Source: Candidatus Latescibacterota bacterium
GTDB taxonomy: Bacteria > Latescibacterota > UBA2968 > UBA8231
Assembly: GCA_965223905.1 (NCBI GenBank)
Contig: CBDCXV010000011.1
Span: 800,001-864,000, forward strand
Reading direction: 5' to 3'
DNA: 64,000 nucleotides
The notes beneath the pieces were generated by a model, which saw only the letters and a program-made list of their open reading frames with translations, made no database searches and was not told the DNA's origin. How positions within the stretch are numbered: position 1 is the stretch's first letter; each line of letters begins with the position of its first letter. Shown piece by piece: positions 1 to 9,053 of this stretch. Both the position numbers and the translations under genes were made by a program.

Positions 1-780
1 GACGAAGCCGCGGCGCAGGGGCAGGTAGGTGATGTCACTTGCCCATACGAGGTCGGGCCGATCGATCACCCGCCGGCGCAGCAGATAGGGGTAGATTCGG
101 TGCGAGGCGTCCCCTGCCGACAGCCGGCGGCGCACCGGGATCGCCTGCAGACCCAACACCTGCATGAGCCGGTGTACGCGTTTGTGATTGACGGCATAGC
201 CCTCGTGTCGCAACGCCTGCTCGAGGCGACGCACGCCGTAGAAGGGATAGCGGGTGTAGAGGCGATCCAGGGCGTGCATGAGCTCGAGGTCGAACGGGTT
301 CCGGCGGTCGAGGCCGATAGTAGTAACTGGAGCGCGACAGCCCCAGCAAGGCGCACTGGCGCGCCACGCTCACCCGTTCATGGCCGGCTTCGATCATCGC
401 CCGGCGCTCAGTCACCGAGAGCTTCGTGTTTTTTTTTCAGCCACTCCAGCTCCACCTGAAGGCGGCCGATCTGCTGATAGAGTTCGGGAATCAACGCTGT
501 TTCGTCCTCCTTGGCGGTCCTCGAACCGGGGCGTTGGAAAATCTCAGGCAGGCCGCGCCACCAACTGCTTCTTCCATCCGCGAATCAGGTTGGGATGGAG
601 GGAATACTTGCGCGCCAGCTCGCTGATCGTGTACTGCTCGCGGGCCGCCTCAAGGGCGACTTTGGCCTTGAACTGGGGGGAGTGAGAGGTGCGTTTCCTT
701 GCCATCGGCTATCCTCTGGAGGGAATGATTTCTCAAATATCGCACCTTAACCAACTGTCCAGTTTTTGGGGTACATTACA
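1..780 (-). mobile_element. IS3-family insertion sequence, left part (orfA and start of orfB, frameshifted; runs off the window)
   Basis: The minus-strand end at 780 reads TGTAATGTACCCCAAAAACTGGACAG, an IS3-type left inverted repeat. orfA starts at ATG 705 (MARKRTSHSPQFKAKVALEAARE...LYQQIGRLQVELEWLKKK) with one indel near 550. An A9 slippery run at 429-437 precedes orfB-like text (VSVARQCALLGLSRSSYYYRP). Confidence 0.9.
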
Positions 781-880
781 TTCCCCCTGCTGCGGCATTG
801 TGCAGAACTCTCCGTTCGCGGTTCTTACCCCCCGTTTCGATATCGGTAATTGTTCCATTGTGAAAGCCTGAGAACCAGGT

Positions 881-1882
881 ATGCACACCAACGACGTATA
901 TGGCATTGGTCACGCTCTTGTCGATCTTCAATACCCCGTAGACACCGGGTTCCTCAGGGATCACGGCATTGCCAAGGGAGTGATGACCCTGGTTGAGGAA
1001 GATCGCCAAGTGAAACTGCAGGCCGCTCTGGCGGCCTCCCCGGCGAATTCCGCTTCCGGTGGATCTGCGGCCAACACGATGATCGCCCTTGCCCGCTGCG
1101 GCGGACGTGCCCATTACGCCTTTCGGGTTGGTGATGACCAGTGGGGGGACTTTTACTGCCGCGACCTGAGCGAGGCGGGGGTCGGAAGCGGATCCACGGC
1201 CCGGGGCCGCGGCAAAACCGGCCAGTGCATGGTTTTCGTTACTCCAGACGCCGACCGCACCATGAACACTTTCCTCGGGGCGAGCGCAGGAATCGGTCCG
1301 CGCCAAGTCGAACGCGAGGTTCTTCGCCGCAGCCGATTCGTCTACCTCGAGGGATACCTGCTGACCTCGGAACCTGGGATGGAGGCATGCGATCTCGCCC
1401 AGGGCTGGGCACGTAGCGAGGGGGTCGGAATGTCGCTGACGCTCTCCGACCCGACGATCGTGCAGGCATTCGGCGAGCGCTTTAACCAGCTGGTCCATAA
1501 CTGTGTCGATCTGCTGTTCTGCAACGAAGAAGAGGCACTCGTCTTTACGGGAGCGCCGGAACTCGAAAAGGCAGTTTCCGAGCTCGCGCACCGAGTTCCG
1601 ATCGCCGTGGTAACGCGGGGGGCCGACGGGGTGGTGGTCTGCGCTGGCACAACCCAGATCCAGGTCGACGCCGTACCCGTACAAGCCGTCGATACAACCG
1701 GGGCCGGGGACAGCTTTGCAGGCGGCTTCCTTTTCGGGATCTGCCGCGACTTCGGAATCGCCGACGCCGCCCGACTCGGCTGTTTTGCTGCCGCGGAGGT
1801 AGTTTCCAAGCTGGGGCCACGCCTGGAGCGGACGTTGGAAACAGAGATCGACACCGTTCTGGCCGACACTACGCCAACTTGA
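881..1882 (+). CDS. PfkB-family carbohydrate/adenosine kinase
   Basis: PfkB motifs GGSAANT and DTTGAGDSFAGGFL; N-terminus GIGHALVD as in adenosine-kinase-like members. Confidence 0.9.
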   Translation: MHTNDVYGIGHALVDLQYPVDTGFLRDHGIAKGVMTLVEEDRQVKLQAALAASPANSASGGSAANTMIALARCGGRAHYAFRVGDDQWGDFYCRDLSEAGVGSGSTARGRGKTGQCMVFVTPDADRTMNTFLGASAGIGPRQVEREVLRRSRFVYLEGYLLTSEPGMEACDLAQGWARSEGVGMSLTLSDPTIVQAFGERFNQLVHNCVDLLFCNEEEALVFTGAPELEKAVSELAHRVPIAVVTRGADGVVVCAGTTQIQVDAVPVQAVDTTGAGDSFAGGFLFGICRDFGIADAARLGCFAAAEVVSKLGPRLERTLETEIDTVLADTTPT

Positions 1883-2526
1883 TCATGGAGGAAGACTATA
1901 GTGAAGGTCATCGTTTACTACGGATTTACGGAGGAAGAACTGCACGACATGAAGGAGATGGTCTCGCGCCATGGAGACCACGAACTGGTGCACGCCAGCA
2001 CGGACGAAGAAGCCCTGGCGGACATCACCGACGCCGAGGTTCTGATGGGTCATTTCCCCGCATCCGTAACCAGCGCCGGCAAGCGGCTCCGGTGGATCCA
2101 GTTCGTTCAGCGCCGGCATGGACAAGCTCCTGGACCCGAGTATCGTGGGGCGGGACCAAGTCGTCATCACCAACATGGCGGGGCTTGTACGCGCCACAAG
2201 GGGGTGAACACGCATGGGCCCTGCTCCTGGCCCTGGCGCGCGGGATCCTTCCTGCCGTGCAGAGCCAGATGCGCAGGGAGTGGAAGGGAGGCGCCGCGGT
2301 GGAGTTGACAGGCGGCGTGCTCGGTATCGTCGGTCTAGGCGGATTTGGGCTGGAAACCTTAAAACGAGCCGCGGGATACGACATAAAGGTCCTGGCTCTC
2401 GACCCGGTTCGCACCGAACCTCCGGTGGGCGTCGCCGAGGTCGCCCCTCCTACGAAAGAGAACCTGCATTCCATGCTCGCCCGTTCCGATGCGGTGGTGG
2501 TCGCCTGCCCGAGAACGAAGGAAACT

Positions 2527-2679
2527 TGACTCCTTCGTATAAACCCCATTTTGAGGATGTTCAGCGATTCAGCACATTAGAGCGCCACTATATATTGGCC
2601 AACGAAGACAACGCATGCACTATATGTTGTATGACAAACCGGGCATTCTGAGCGACGTAGGGTTTTTACGAGAGAATCA
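2527..2679. mobile_element. MITE (~153 bp non-autonomous element) with ~20-bp imperfect terminal inverted repeats and AACT target duplication
   Basis: Left end TGACTCCTTCGTATAAACCC; right end (reverse complement) TGATTCTCTCGTAAAAACCC (16/20 match). AACT flanks both sides (2523-2526, 2680-2683). Removing the element and one AACT restores GAA ACT TAT CAC ATG (ETYHM). It is much more AT-rich than the host gene. Confidence 0.88.
2585..2632. promoter_or_regulatory. Tandem NrdR-box-like operators inside the MITE
   Basis: ccaCTATATATTGgcc (2585-2600) and gcaCTATATGTTGtat (2617-2632) match the NrdR consensus acaCwAtATaTwGtgt at 12/16 and 13/16; offset 32 bp. Confidence 0.7.
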
Positions 2680-3026
2680 AACTTATCACATGATAGGCCG
2701 CGAAGAGTTGGCGTGCATGAAGGAAACCGCCTACCTCGTCTGCACCAGCCGCGGCGGAATAATCGACGAAGCCGCCTTGTTGGAAGCCCTAGAATCCGGC
2801 TCCATCGCCGGCGCCGGCCTCGACGTCACCGAGGCCGAGCCCTTGCCCGCCGACGATCCGCTCTGGAACGCTCCCAACCTGGTGCTTACTCCGCATCGCG
2901 CCGGCGCTTCTCAGCACCGACCGCGCAAGGTCTACGAGTTCTTCTCGACACAGCTCGAACGCTACCTCAAGGGGGAGCCGGTCCTGAACCTGGTCGACAA
3001 ACGCCTGGGATTTTGAAGGCCGGCTA

Positions 3027-4260
3027 GTGGTTCACCTATGTAGTAATGCTGGATAGAGGCGGTGCAGCTTGATGCACGCATCGTCGGTGGTGAATTGCCA
3101 TTTGACCCTCGTTGGACTCTTCTCGCGTTGGGAGAGCCAGGCGTGGACTTCTTTGCTCAGTTGCTGAATCGTGCCGATGCGCCGGTCCAGACACTGCCGG
3201 GAAAGCACCTTCAACCCGATTTCGGCCATATTGAGCCAGCTACCCCGTTTCGGGGTGAAGTGAATATCGATTTTATCGGCGATGCGTTTGGCTTCTTCGG
3301 GCGCAAAGACGTCGTACAAAGCCGCCTTCTGGTGCGAGCTCAGATTGTCCATGACCAAGGTCAGGGCATCGGCTTCCGGGTAGCAGCGATCGACCAGATC
3401 TTTTCATCACCTGAGCCCAATCTTTCTTGGTGCGGCGCTGCGTGACCTGGACTTGGCAGCGGCCGGTAAGCGGTTCCAGCATCATGAATACGGTGGCCAC
3501 GCCGTTGCGGACATAGTGATGATCATACCGAGCCGCATGTCCAGGAATCGCCGGAAGAGGGGCCCGCACCTCTCCCACCAGCTGTTTGCTCGTCTCGTCC
3601 AGGCATACCGTGGGACGGGTGGGATCGTAGGGCCGGGTATAGATATCCAGCACATCCTCCATGGCCCAAACGAATTCGGCACTGGGGGCGCCCGGCAGGC
3701 ACCACATTTCCTGCCGCCAGGGCTTCAATGCGTTTTTTTTAGCGTCTTGCGGACCGTTTCCGGGCTGACCCGGTCGACCACCTCCAACGAAACCAGGCGG
3801 TCTGCTAACAATTTGAGGGTCCAGCCCTTCCTTCCCTCCGGCGGCGGGCTACAGGCCAGCGCTACGAGACGAGCCTCGGCTTCTCCGTCGGATGGTCTTG
3901 GCCCTGCGGTTCGTCTGCTCCTTGCGTTGGAGGGCGGCCTCCAGGCCTTCTTCGACAAATCGTTTGCGCAGGCGCTCGACCGTGCTGGAATGGACCTCGA
4001 GAGCGTGCCCGATCTGTTCGTCGGTCCAGCCGTCTCCCTGCGATCCTTGATCCGTCTTCAGGAGAATGCGCGCATGCCGCTGCTTGAAAGCAGCCGCTTT
4101 CCCCTTGGAGATGAGTCCGTGCACATAGGGGCGCTCCTCCGGGGTGAGAGTGACGAGGTATCTCTTCTTGGGCAACGCCGTACTCCTTTTCCAATAAAGG
4201 GGATCGGTAAAAAGGATACGGCTGCCACTTTTATTCCGCAATTCTAAATGGATCGACCAC
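3027..4260 (-). mobile_element. IS630-family insertion sequence with both ends and TA duplication; transposase has extra frameshifts
   Basis: Ends GTGGTTCACCTATGTAGTAATGC and (reverse complement) GTGGTCGATCCATTTAGAATTGC, flanked by TA at 3025-3026 and 4261-4262. Transposase pieces: LPKKRYLVTLTPEER, WTLKLLAD, VCLDETSKQL, VMDNLSSH, FTPKRGSWLNMAEI. Confidence 0.93.
3032..4175 (-). pseudogene. IS630 transposase (split reading frames)
   Basis: TTG start at 4175 after GGAG. A8 slippery run at 3733-3740 (LKK/LKPW junction). Additional frame breaks near 3890 and 3390; DDE motifs present. Confidence 0.85.
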
Positions 4261-5072
4261 TAGGGGAGTAACCCAACCCCCGCAGGTAAGCACGGGGTCG
4301 CAGCGCTGCGCCGAGCCTCGCTGATCGGATCGTCCACTCCGGGCACCGGCTCTCCCGGGCAACTGGTGATCACGCCATCGTAGCCCAGGCCATCCAGTGT
4401 CTTGAGAACTGCGGGAAAGTCGATGTTTCCCGCGGCCCCGACGTCACACCAGACCGGATGGTAGAGACCGTCCTCACCGCGTGTGCAGGAGCTGAAATCC
4501 TGGAGGTGGACGTAGTTGAGCTGGCTCCAGAAATCCCGAATGGATGCGACGGGGTCGTAACCCCAGAGCTGGGCGTGGGAGACATCGATGCAGAGCTTGG
4601 CGTTTTGCAGGCAGCTCATGTACAGCTGCCACTGGGCGATCGAGTCCACCAGCGTGTTGGTGTGAATGTGATAGCTTACCTCCAATCCCCGGGCAGCCGC
4701 ATACTCCGCCCACTCCTCTGCACCCTCTGCGGCACGGCGGATCTCGTCATCGTCGGCCTCCCTTCCCACCGGCTTGGCGCCACTCATGAACATGAAGCAT
4801 TGGACCCCCATCTCCGCGGCGAATTCCATACGCCGGCGATTTCGCTCAACGTGCGCTGAATCCCTGTCGTCAGGCGATCCGACGGCGGTAAAGACCGTCA
4901 ACGGCATGCCTGTGTTCGCGCATACCTGCTTGAGACGGCTGGGGGTTCCGAGCCAGTCGAGCGGCAGGCGCCCTTCCCAGCTGTCCCACCCGGCTTCCCT
5001 CAGTGCGACTAAGGCAGGCTCGAGATCCGGTAACTGCCACCTGAGGGTGCTGTAGGCCATGTTGAATGACAT
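4260..5072 (-). CDS. Sugar phosphate isomerase/epimerase (xylose-isomerase-like TIM barrel)
   Basis: Motifs YHIH, LCIDVSH, YVHLQD and GNIDFPAVLKTL. Start MSFNMAY at 5072 after AGGAGAGG; the last residues may be frameshifted. Confidence 0.8.
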   Translation of the reverse strand: MSFNMAYSTLRWQLPDLEPALVALREAGWDSWEGRLPLDWLGTPSRLKQVCANTGMPLTVFTAVGSPDDRDSAHVERNRRRMEFAAEMGVQCFMFMSGAKPVGREADDDEIRRAAEGAEEWAEYAAARGLEVSYHIHTNTLVDSIAQWQLYMSCLQNAKLCIDVSHAQLWGYDPVASIRDFWSQLNYVHLQDFSSCTRGEDGLYHPVWCDVGAAGNIDFPAVLKTLDGLGYDGVITSCPGEPVPGVDDPISEARRSAATPCLPAGVGLLP

Positions 5073-5106
5073 CGTCCTCTCCTCGTAACGATTTGCCGCC
5101 GGCTGG

Positions 5107-5895
5107 TTACCAGCGCTGTGCCAATGTGTAGAAAAGCTGGGCGCCGAGGCCCACAAGAAGGGCCGAGAGCAGCCGCAGCAGCAGGGGGCCCTGCACCAGG
5201 GTGGACAGTTTGGCGCCGATCTGGGCTCCGACCATCACGCCTATCGCCAGAAACAACGCCTTGTCGCTCTGGCCCTCGAAGCGCCCCCCCGAGGCGTGCA
5301 CGAGGGTGCCGGCAAAGGAGACGATTGTGAGGGCGAAAAGCGATGTGGCGGTAGCGACGTGAGGGGTGAAGCGAAGGACCTTCACCATGACCGGAACGCG
5401 GATTATCCCTCCTCCGATTCCAAGGATACCCGAAATGGCCCCAATGTAGGCGCTGAGAATGCACCCCAGCCGCAATTGTCGCCTCGTGTTGGCATCGGTA
5501 TCCGGTGAAACCTTGGTGTTCGCTTTCCGCGAACGCGGGTTGATGAAGGTGTAGCCGCCGAGCAGGACCAGGATCGCCGCCATCAGCGGATCGAAGTAGA
5601 GTCTCGGCACGTGCTGCGACAGGTAGGCTCCCGCCATTGCGGTGGGGATTCCCGCCAGCGCGAAGGCAATCCCTGAAACGTAGTCGATGCGGCGCATCCA
5701 ACCGTAGGTGACAGAGCCGGAAAAGGCGGTGAAGAAAATCACCACCAGGGACAGCGAGGTAATCTCGCTCGCCACTTCCCCCTTGTAGAGAAGCACGAGA
5801 ACTGGGACCAGAATGACCCCACCCCCGGCGCCGACGAGACTCCCCACGGTGCCGACAACCGCACCCAAGGCCACGAGAAACAGGAATTCAGGCAT
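5107..5895 (-). CDS. Sulfite exporter TauE/SafE-family membrane protein
   Basis: Repeated GAGGGVILVP and GIGGGIIRVP motifs, ATATSLF, about 8 transmembrane segments. Confidence 0.88.
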   Translation of the reverse strand: MPEFLFLVALGAVVGTVGSLVGAGGGVILVPVLVLLYKGEVASEITSLSLVVIFFTAFSGSVTYGWMRRIDYVSGIAFALAGIPTAMAGAYLSQHVPRLYFDPLMAAILVLLGGYTFINPRSRKANTKVSPDTDANTRRQLRLGCILSAYIGAISGILGIGGGIIRVPVMVKVLRFTPHVATATSLFALTIVSFAGTLVHASGGRFEGQSDKALFLAIGVMVGAQIGAKLSTLVQGPLLLRLLSALLVGLGAQLFYTLAQRW

Positions 5896-5902
5896 CCCCC
5901 AC

Positions 5903-6622
5903 TTACTTGGAGCGACCTGCACTCCACCGTATTCGAAGCAACTCGCCGAAATTTTTCAGCATGCCGGTAATTGGTTTGAAGCGGCTGTCGGGATCGTCAC
6001 GCCAAACTATCGGAATCCGCACGAGGTTGTACCCGGACCGAACCGCCAGCAAGAGGATCTCGACATCGAACATGTAGCCGTCTACGGATTGCTGCTGGAA
6101 AAGGTCCCTGGCCACAGGTTTTTTGAAGAACTTGAAACCACACTGCGTGTCGGGAAATCCAGGGAGCCCCACGCAGGTCCGGAGCATGTACCGAAACAGT
6201 TCCGAACCCCATTTGCGGTACGCCCTTGGAGCTTGCGCGATGTCGGTACCGGGCAGCGTGCGGTCCCCCAGAACCCCGTCGACTCCGGGATTGCCGAGTT
6301 GCTCCATTGCCTGATCGAGAGCGCTGATTTCCGTCTTGTTGTCGGCGTCGATAAAACCGACAGCGGCGCCCCGGGAATGCAATACCCCTTTGCGGATGGA
6401 GTATCCTTTGCCGCGGTTCCTCTCGTTGCGCAGGCAGTGGATGCGCTGGTCCCCTCTTGAGGCTTCGCCGGCGATCGCCGCGGTCGAATCGTCGCTGCCG
6501 TCGTCTACGACGACGATCTCACACCCCCATGGGCGATCATCGAGAAAGGAGGTGATCGCGTCGAGGGTTTCGCTGATTTTTCGGGATTCGTTGTACGCAG
6601 GAACGACGATGGAAAGATCCAT
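5903..6622 (-). CDS. Glycosyltransferase family 2 (dolichyl-phosphate glucosyltransferase-like)
   Basis: Motifs SIVVPAYNE, VVDDGSDD, NRGKG, DAD, DTQCGFK and FDVEIL. Confidence 0.92.
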   Translation of the reverse strand: MDLSIVVPAYNESRKISETLDAITSFLDDRPWGCEIVVVDDGSDDSTAAIAGEASRGDQRIHCLRNERNRGKGYSIRKGVLHSRGAAVGFIDADNKTEISALDQAMEQLGNPGVDGVLGDRTLPGTDIAQAPRAYRKWGSELFRYMLRTCVGLPGFPDTQCGFKFFKKPVARDLFQQQSVDGYMFDVEILLLAVRSGYNLVRIPIVWRDDPDSRFKPITGMLKNFGELLRIRWSAGRSK

Positions 6623-6757
6623 GAAATTCGCGCAATGTAGGATTGGGGTGGATCAGGGTCAAAGTGTTTCGATGGCCGGGATGTCGGTTGCACAGCTCCC
6701 GCTTGCCCTGGTATATTGCGGCCGATTGCCACCCATCCCCACGCCGTTCGAGTCTTG

Positions 6758-7804
6758 ATGCAGCGTGTCCATCACCGCCGATTGACAGAGCTGTGTGCGC
6801 AAGTCCTCGCGCACTACCGCGTGCCTCGGAAGGACGCCGAATTCGTCGCCGGCACCCTCGTCGAGTCGGATCTGCGCGGCATCCACAGTCACGGCAGCAT
6901 GAGACTGGGCCGCTACGCCCGCGAGCTTGAGTCGGGACTTACCAATCCTTCACCATCGATACGCACCGCCGCAGAGGGGCCCGCCTGCGCGCGCGTCGAT
7001 GGCGACGGCGCACTCGGACAACTGGTTGGACGGCAGGCCCTGTCGGTATGCATCGACAAGGCGCGGGCAAGTGGATCGGCCACGGTGACCGCTTGCCGGT
7101 CCCGGCATTTCGGAGCTGCGGGGACGTACTGCCTTTTGGCGTTGGAACAGGACATGATCGCCATCTCGATGACCGTTTCCAGTCCGCGTCTCGCCCCGAC
7201 TGGGGGTACACGGCCGATGTTCGGGACCAACCCGATCGCCATGGGAGTTCCGGGCGATCAGAATTTTCCCCTGGTCATCGACCTCGCCATGAGTTCCATC
7301 GCCGCGGGAAACCTCGAACTCGCCGCGTCCGGTGGAGAAACGTTGCCCGAGGGTGTAGCCCGGGATTTAAACGGGGAGCCAACAACCAACCCCCAAACAG
7401 CACTCAGTGGAACCATCGTTCCCATCGGCGAGCACAAGGGATACGCACTCACCTTGTTGATCGAGCTTCTCGCCGGCCTTCTCGGCGGCGCCCCCTATTT
7501 CGGCGTCGACCGCGCTGCGGTGCCTCGGCACATAGGTGAAAAAGGAATCGGTCATTCATTCATCTGCATAGACCCTGCTCGCTTCATGCCCGCGCCCCAG
7601 TTCAAAAGGCAGGTAGCAGAGATGGTGGCTGCCATAAAACGCTCCCCGCGCATGCCGGGAGTGGATGAAATCTTCGTGCCGGGCGAGTTGGAGGAGAAGC
7701 GCCGCCGGGACCGTTGCGAGACGGGTATTCCGCTTGCGGCTTCGACCCTATCCCTGCTGCAGGACCTGGCTCGTAAGTGCGGGGTGACCGCAACCCTGGG
7801 ATAA
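6758..7804 (+). CDS. Ldh_2-family oxidoreductase (malate/L-lactate/ureidoglycolate dehydrogenase-like)
   Basis: Motifs DLRGIHSHG, HFGAAG, FGTNPIA, HKGYAL and IFVPGE. Confidence 0.9.
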   Translation: MQRVHHRRLTELCAQVLAHYRVPRKDAEFVAGTLVESDLRGIHSHGSMRLGRYARELESGLTNPSPSIRTAAEGPACARVDGDGALGQLVGRQALSVCIDKARASGSATVTACRSRHFGAAGTYCLLALEQDMIAISMTVSSPRLAPTGGTRPMFGTNPIAMGVPGDQNFPLVIDLAMSSIAAGNLELAASGGETLPEGVARDLNGEPTTNPQTALSGTIVPIGEHKGYALTLLIELLAGLLGGAPYFGVDRAAVPRHIGEKGIGHSFICIDPARFMPAPQFKRQVAEMVAAIKRSPRMPGVDEIFVPGELEEKRRRDRCETGIPLAASTLSLLQDLARKCGVTATLG

Positions 7805-7847
7805 GGGGCATCTGTGGTCCCTCGCCATTTCACTCGAGGAGCCTGTC

Positions 7848-8192
7848 GTGAGTGAAACCATCTTCTCAAAGATCATCAAAGGTGAAATATCCGCCGATAT
7901 CGTCCACGAAGACGATCGCAGCATGGCGTTTCGCGACATCAATCCCCAGGCACCGGTCCACATTCTGGTCATCCCGAAAGAACCACTGGCCGGAATTCAG
8001 AATGCCGGGAAGAAGGACGAGTGCCTGCTGGGTCATCTGCTGGTTGTCGCCAGGGAAGTAGCGGCTGGAGAAGGCCTTACCGAACGTGGATTTCGATGCG
8101 TCATCAACGCGGGAGTTGACGGAGGGCAGACAGTGGACCACCTGCATATCCACGTGCTAGGCGGGCGCCGGCTGGATTGGCCCCCCGGATAA
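7848..8192 (+). CDS. hinT: Histidine triad (HIT) nucleotide-binding protein
   Basis: Motifs TIFSKII, FRDINPQAPVHILVIPK and GQTVDHLHIHVLGGR..WPPG. Confidence 0.93.
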   Translation: MSETIFSKIIKGEISADIVHEDDRSMAFRDINPQAPVHILVIPKEPLAGIQNAGKKDECLLGHLLVVAREVAAGEGLTERGFRCVINAGVDGGQTVDHLHIHVLGGRRLDWPPG

Positions 8193-8215
8193 AAAAAAGC
8201 GGCCTTGCAAGCCGC
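8191..8215 (-). terminator. Probable intrinsic terminator downstream of rplC
   Basis: GCGGC-cttgcaa-GCCGC hairpin followed on the minus strand by U8 (A8 at 8191-8198). Confidence 0.55.
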
Positions 8216-8275
8216 CACTCCCATTTGCCTTGGTTGTTGTCGCTCGAACCGGAAGCGCTAACGCCCCTCGGGATC

Positions 8276-8896
8276 TCACTGTTTACGGATCGTCACGTAT
8301 CCCTCGGAAGCGCCGGGAACGGCCCCCTTGACGAACAGCAGATTCCGGTCCAGATCGACCCCTACCACGACAAGCCCCCGGGTCGTAACTGCGCGGGCAC
8401 CCATGTGTCCAGGCATTTTCTTTCCCTTCCACACCTTTCCAGGGGTTGTTCCCTGACCGATCGACCCGGGATGGCGAACCCGGTCAGGAGTACCGTGGGA
8501 GCTGTTTTTCCCGGCGAATCCATATCTCTTGACGACGCCTGCAAACCCCTTGCCTTTGGAAGTGCCGCTGACCTTCACCCTGTCCCCTACCTCGAACTGG
8601 CTGACATCGAGTACCTGTCCGACCTCGACGTCGATTGCACCCGCCGACCTGAATTCACGCAGGATTCGCTGAGGGGAGACGTTGGCCCGGGCAAAATGAC
8701 CTGCCTCGGGTTTGTTCACTTTGCGGGGGTCGATTTCTTCGAAACCGAGCTGAACCGCGGTGTAGCCGTTGCGCTCGGTCGTGCGGACATCGACGACGGG
8801 GCAGGGACCTGCCGCAACGACGGTGACGGGAACGAGCTCCTCCTTGTCGTTGTATACCTGGGTCATCCCCAGTTTTTTACCGATCAGCCCAACCAT
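8276..8896 (-). CDS. rplC: 50S ribosomal protein L3
   Basis: Motifs MVGLIGKKLGMTQ, GYTAVQLGF, GTSKGKGFAGVVKR, PGSIGQGTTPGKVWKGKKMPGHMG and VKGAVPG; true start is ATG 8896. Confidence 0.97.
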   Translation of the reverse strand: MVGLIGKKLGMTQVYNDKEELVPVTVVAAGPCPVVDVRTTERNGYTAVQLGFEEIDPRKVNKPEAGHFARANVSPQRILREFRSAGAIDVEVGQVLDVSQFEVGDRVKVSGTSKGKGFAGVVKRYGFAGKNSSHGTPDRVRHPGSIGQGTTPGKVWKGKKMPGHMGARAVTTRGLVVVGVDLDRNLLFVKGAVPGASEGYVTIRKQ

Positions 8897-9023
8897 GCTC
8901 GTGAGTATCACTTGCGGTTTTTGCGCCCCGCCCAACGAGGTTCGCCGGTTTGCGGTCGGAGTTATGGCCCCTCGCGCCACCCCGTGAGATGCATCTAAGT
9001 TCCTTTCCGGAAACGAATTTCCG

Positions 9024-9052
9024 AAGATACAGGCAGGCTCTAGATTTGGCAA
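9024..9052 (-). promoter_or_regulatory. Putative sigma70 promoter for rplC
   Basis: TTGCCA-17 bp-TATCTT on the minus strand, about 125 bp upstream of the rplC ATG. Confidence 0.5.
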
Positions 9053-9053
9053 G

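Larger units (their letters stand above)
1901..3016 (+). pseudogene. D-2-hydroxyacid dehydrogenase, with two frameshifts and a MITE insertion
   Basis: Pieces join as MKVIVYYG...LRWIQ / SAGMDK...ITNMAG / EHAWALLLALAR...GIVGLGGFG...CPRTKET / YHMIG...SRGGIIDE...GAGLDV...TPHRAG. Extra bases near 2102 and 2184; insertion at 2527-2679. Confidence 0.88.
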
